Shown here piece by piece: positions 62,981-64,000 of a stretch of 64,000 nucleotides of DNA (position 1 is the first letter of the stretch; each line of letters starts with the position of its first letter). A program made the translations under genes and the position numbers. The stretch is taken from NCBI RefSeq assembly GCF_000143415.4, contig NW_003314270.1:532527-596526 (forward strand), given 5' to 3'. This stretch comes from Selaginella moellendorffii (Eukaryota; Plantae; Lycopodiophyta). A model generated the notes under the pieces. The model worked only from the letters and a program-made list of their open reading frames with translations. It was not told where the DNA came from and made no database searches.

Positions 62981-64000
62981 TCAAATATGCTTAACTAATA
63001 GCACTTAAGAATTCCATCCTTATGCTCTTCTGGCTAAGTGCACATGCAAATACTAGTATCTCAACTAACTTGAGTGGAGACTGAAAAAGGGTCTAGCAAT
63101 ACCAACTTCCTGCCATCGTGACAGTAAAGAAAGAATATCCAAAAGGACTAGCTGACAGATAACTTTTGATAGCTACAATCACATGTGCAACACTCTCCCC
63201 CCCTTAGGCAAAATTGATGTCCTCATTGATACACACTCTAATCTAGAACACCGCCAAAGAAACAATTCTAGAAAGGTTCAATGTATTTAAAAATGCACAA
63301 ACTTAAATGAGTTAAGGTAACATCTCTATCTAACTCTAATATGCTATAACTCAGACACCTTTTGGCTATTGCTAACAAGGAAATGATCAATGGAGTTAAC
63401 CACCCTTGTTGCTCTAGATATCACCCAGCTTATAAAAGATGATATGCCTCACTTGTAAGTGGCATAGAGAGAGAAGCCAAAAGCCCCAACTTTCATGGGC
63501 AAAGAAACCAAACTAGTTGGTAAGGTTTAGATAGACTACTAGAAATAAGCAGTTAAAGTTGTTTATATGGTCACACTCTTTGAACAGAATAAGGAATATT
63601 GACAAAGAAGCAGATGATATGACCAGTTTATAGTAGTTACCCCATAACTAGAGATTTCATCATGCACATGAAGTGCTAAAGCCAATCTACCTATATTGAC
63701 CCAAACCCAAAGATCAAGAGATGGACAATATCAAAATCATAAATAATGATATTTGAGAGACTTAGTTATTAGTGAATAAATATTAAATTAGAACACAAAA
63801 GTATTCCAAGTAAGTTATCATCTGATAAACTAAGATAGAATAGGAGCTACCAAGAGCATCATAATTGATAAATATAGGATTTACCACTGAACAAAATTCA
63901 ATAGCAAGTGTACTATTAAGAACAGTCAATAATAAAACTTAACTATCAAAGATTGCAAATAATATGTTAAATAACTTGCTAAAGACAACTAAATAAACAC
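62981..64000 (-). mobile_element. Old, heavily mutated family A fragment (truncated LTR to 63192, PPT, internal region running off the window)
   Basis: Colinear with 5793-~6820 with many C>T/G>A changes; ACATGTGCAACA-CTCTCCCCCC. Confidence 0.88.

Overview
Eukaryotic, repeat-dense DNA, most likely from a non-seed land plant (inferred from Met-tRNA-primed LTR elements, a Tcn1-like chromovirus and ~50-bp introns). About 85% of the window is LTR retrotransposon. Family A is non-coding and LARD-like with 1.15-kb LTRs: copies A1-A4 plus two fragments. Family B is non-coding with 1.7-1.8-kb minisatellite-bearing LTRs: copies B1 and B2, with B2 nested in A4. Element C is a young but disabled self-priming Ty3/gypsy chromovirus, and element D is an old decayed chromovirus. 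Removing four TSD-flanked insertions restores one 11-exon gene (14193-54878, ~1,640 codons). It encodes a ParB/Srx-like domain, a degenerate beta-class amino-DNA-methyltransferase-like domain, a disordered/acidic linker and an FCP1-like HAD domain. A 22-bp palindrome, ATGGCRTG-N6-CAYGCCAT, recurs in its introns and 3' flank and in a putative intron of a convergent decayed GCM/WRKY-like Zn-finger gene. Together these suggest a mobile unit with a ParB/parS-like protein-site pair (hypothesis). The left 13.5 kb contains LTR-LTR junctions that look like ligated unprocessed cDNA ends, plus an inverted junction with templated filler. All domain assignments are by eye; no searches were run.
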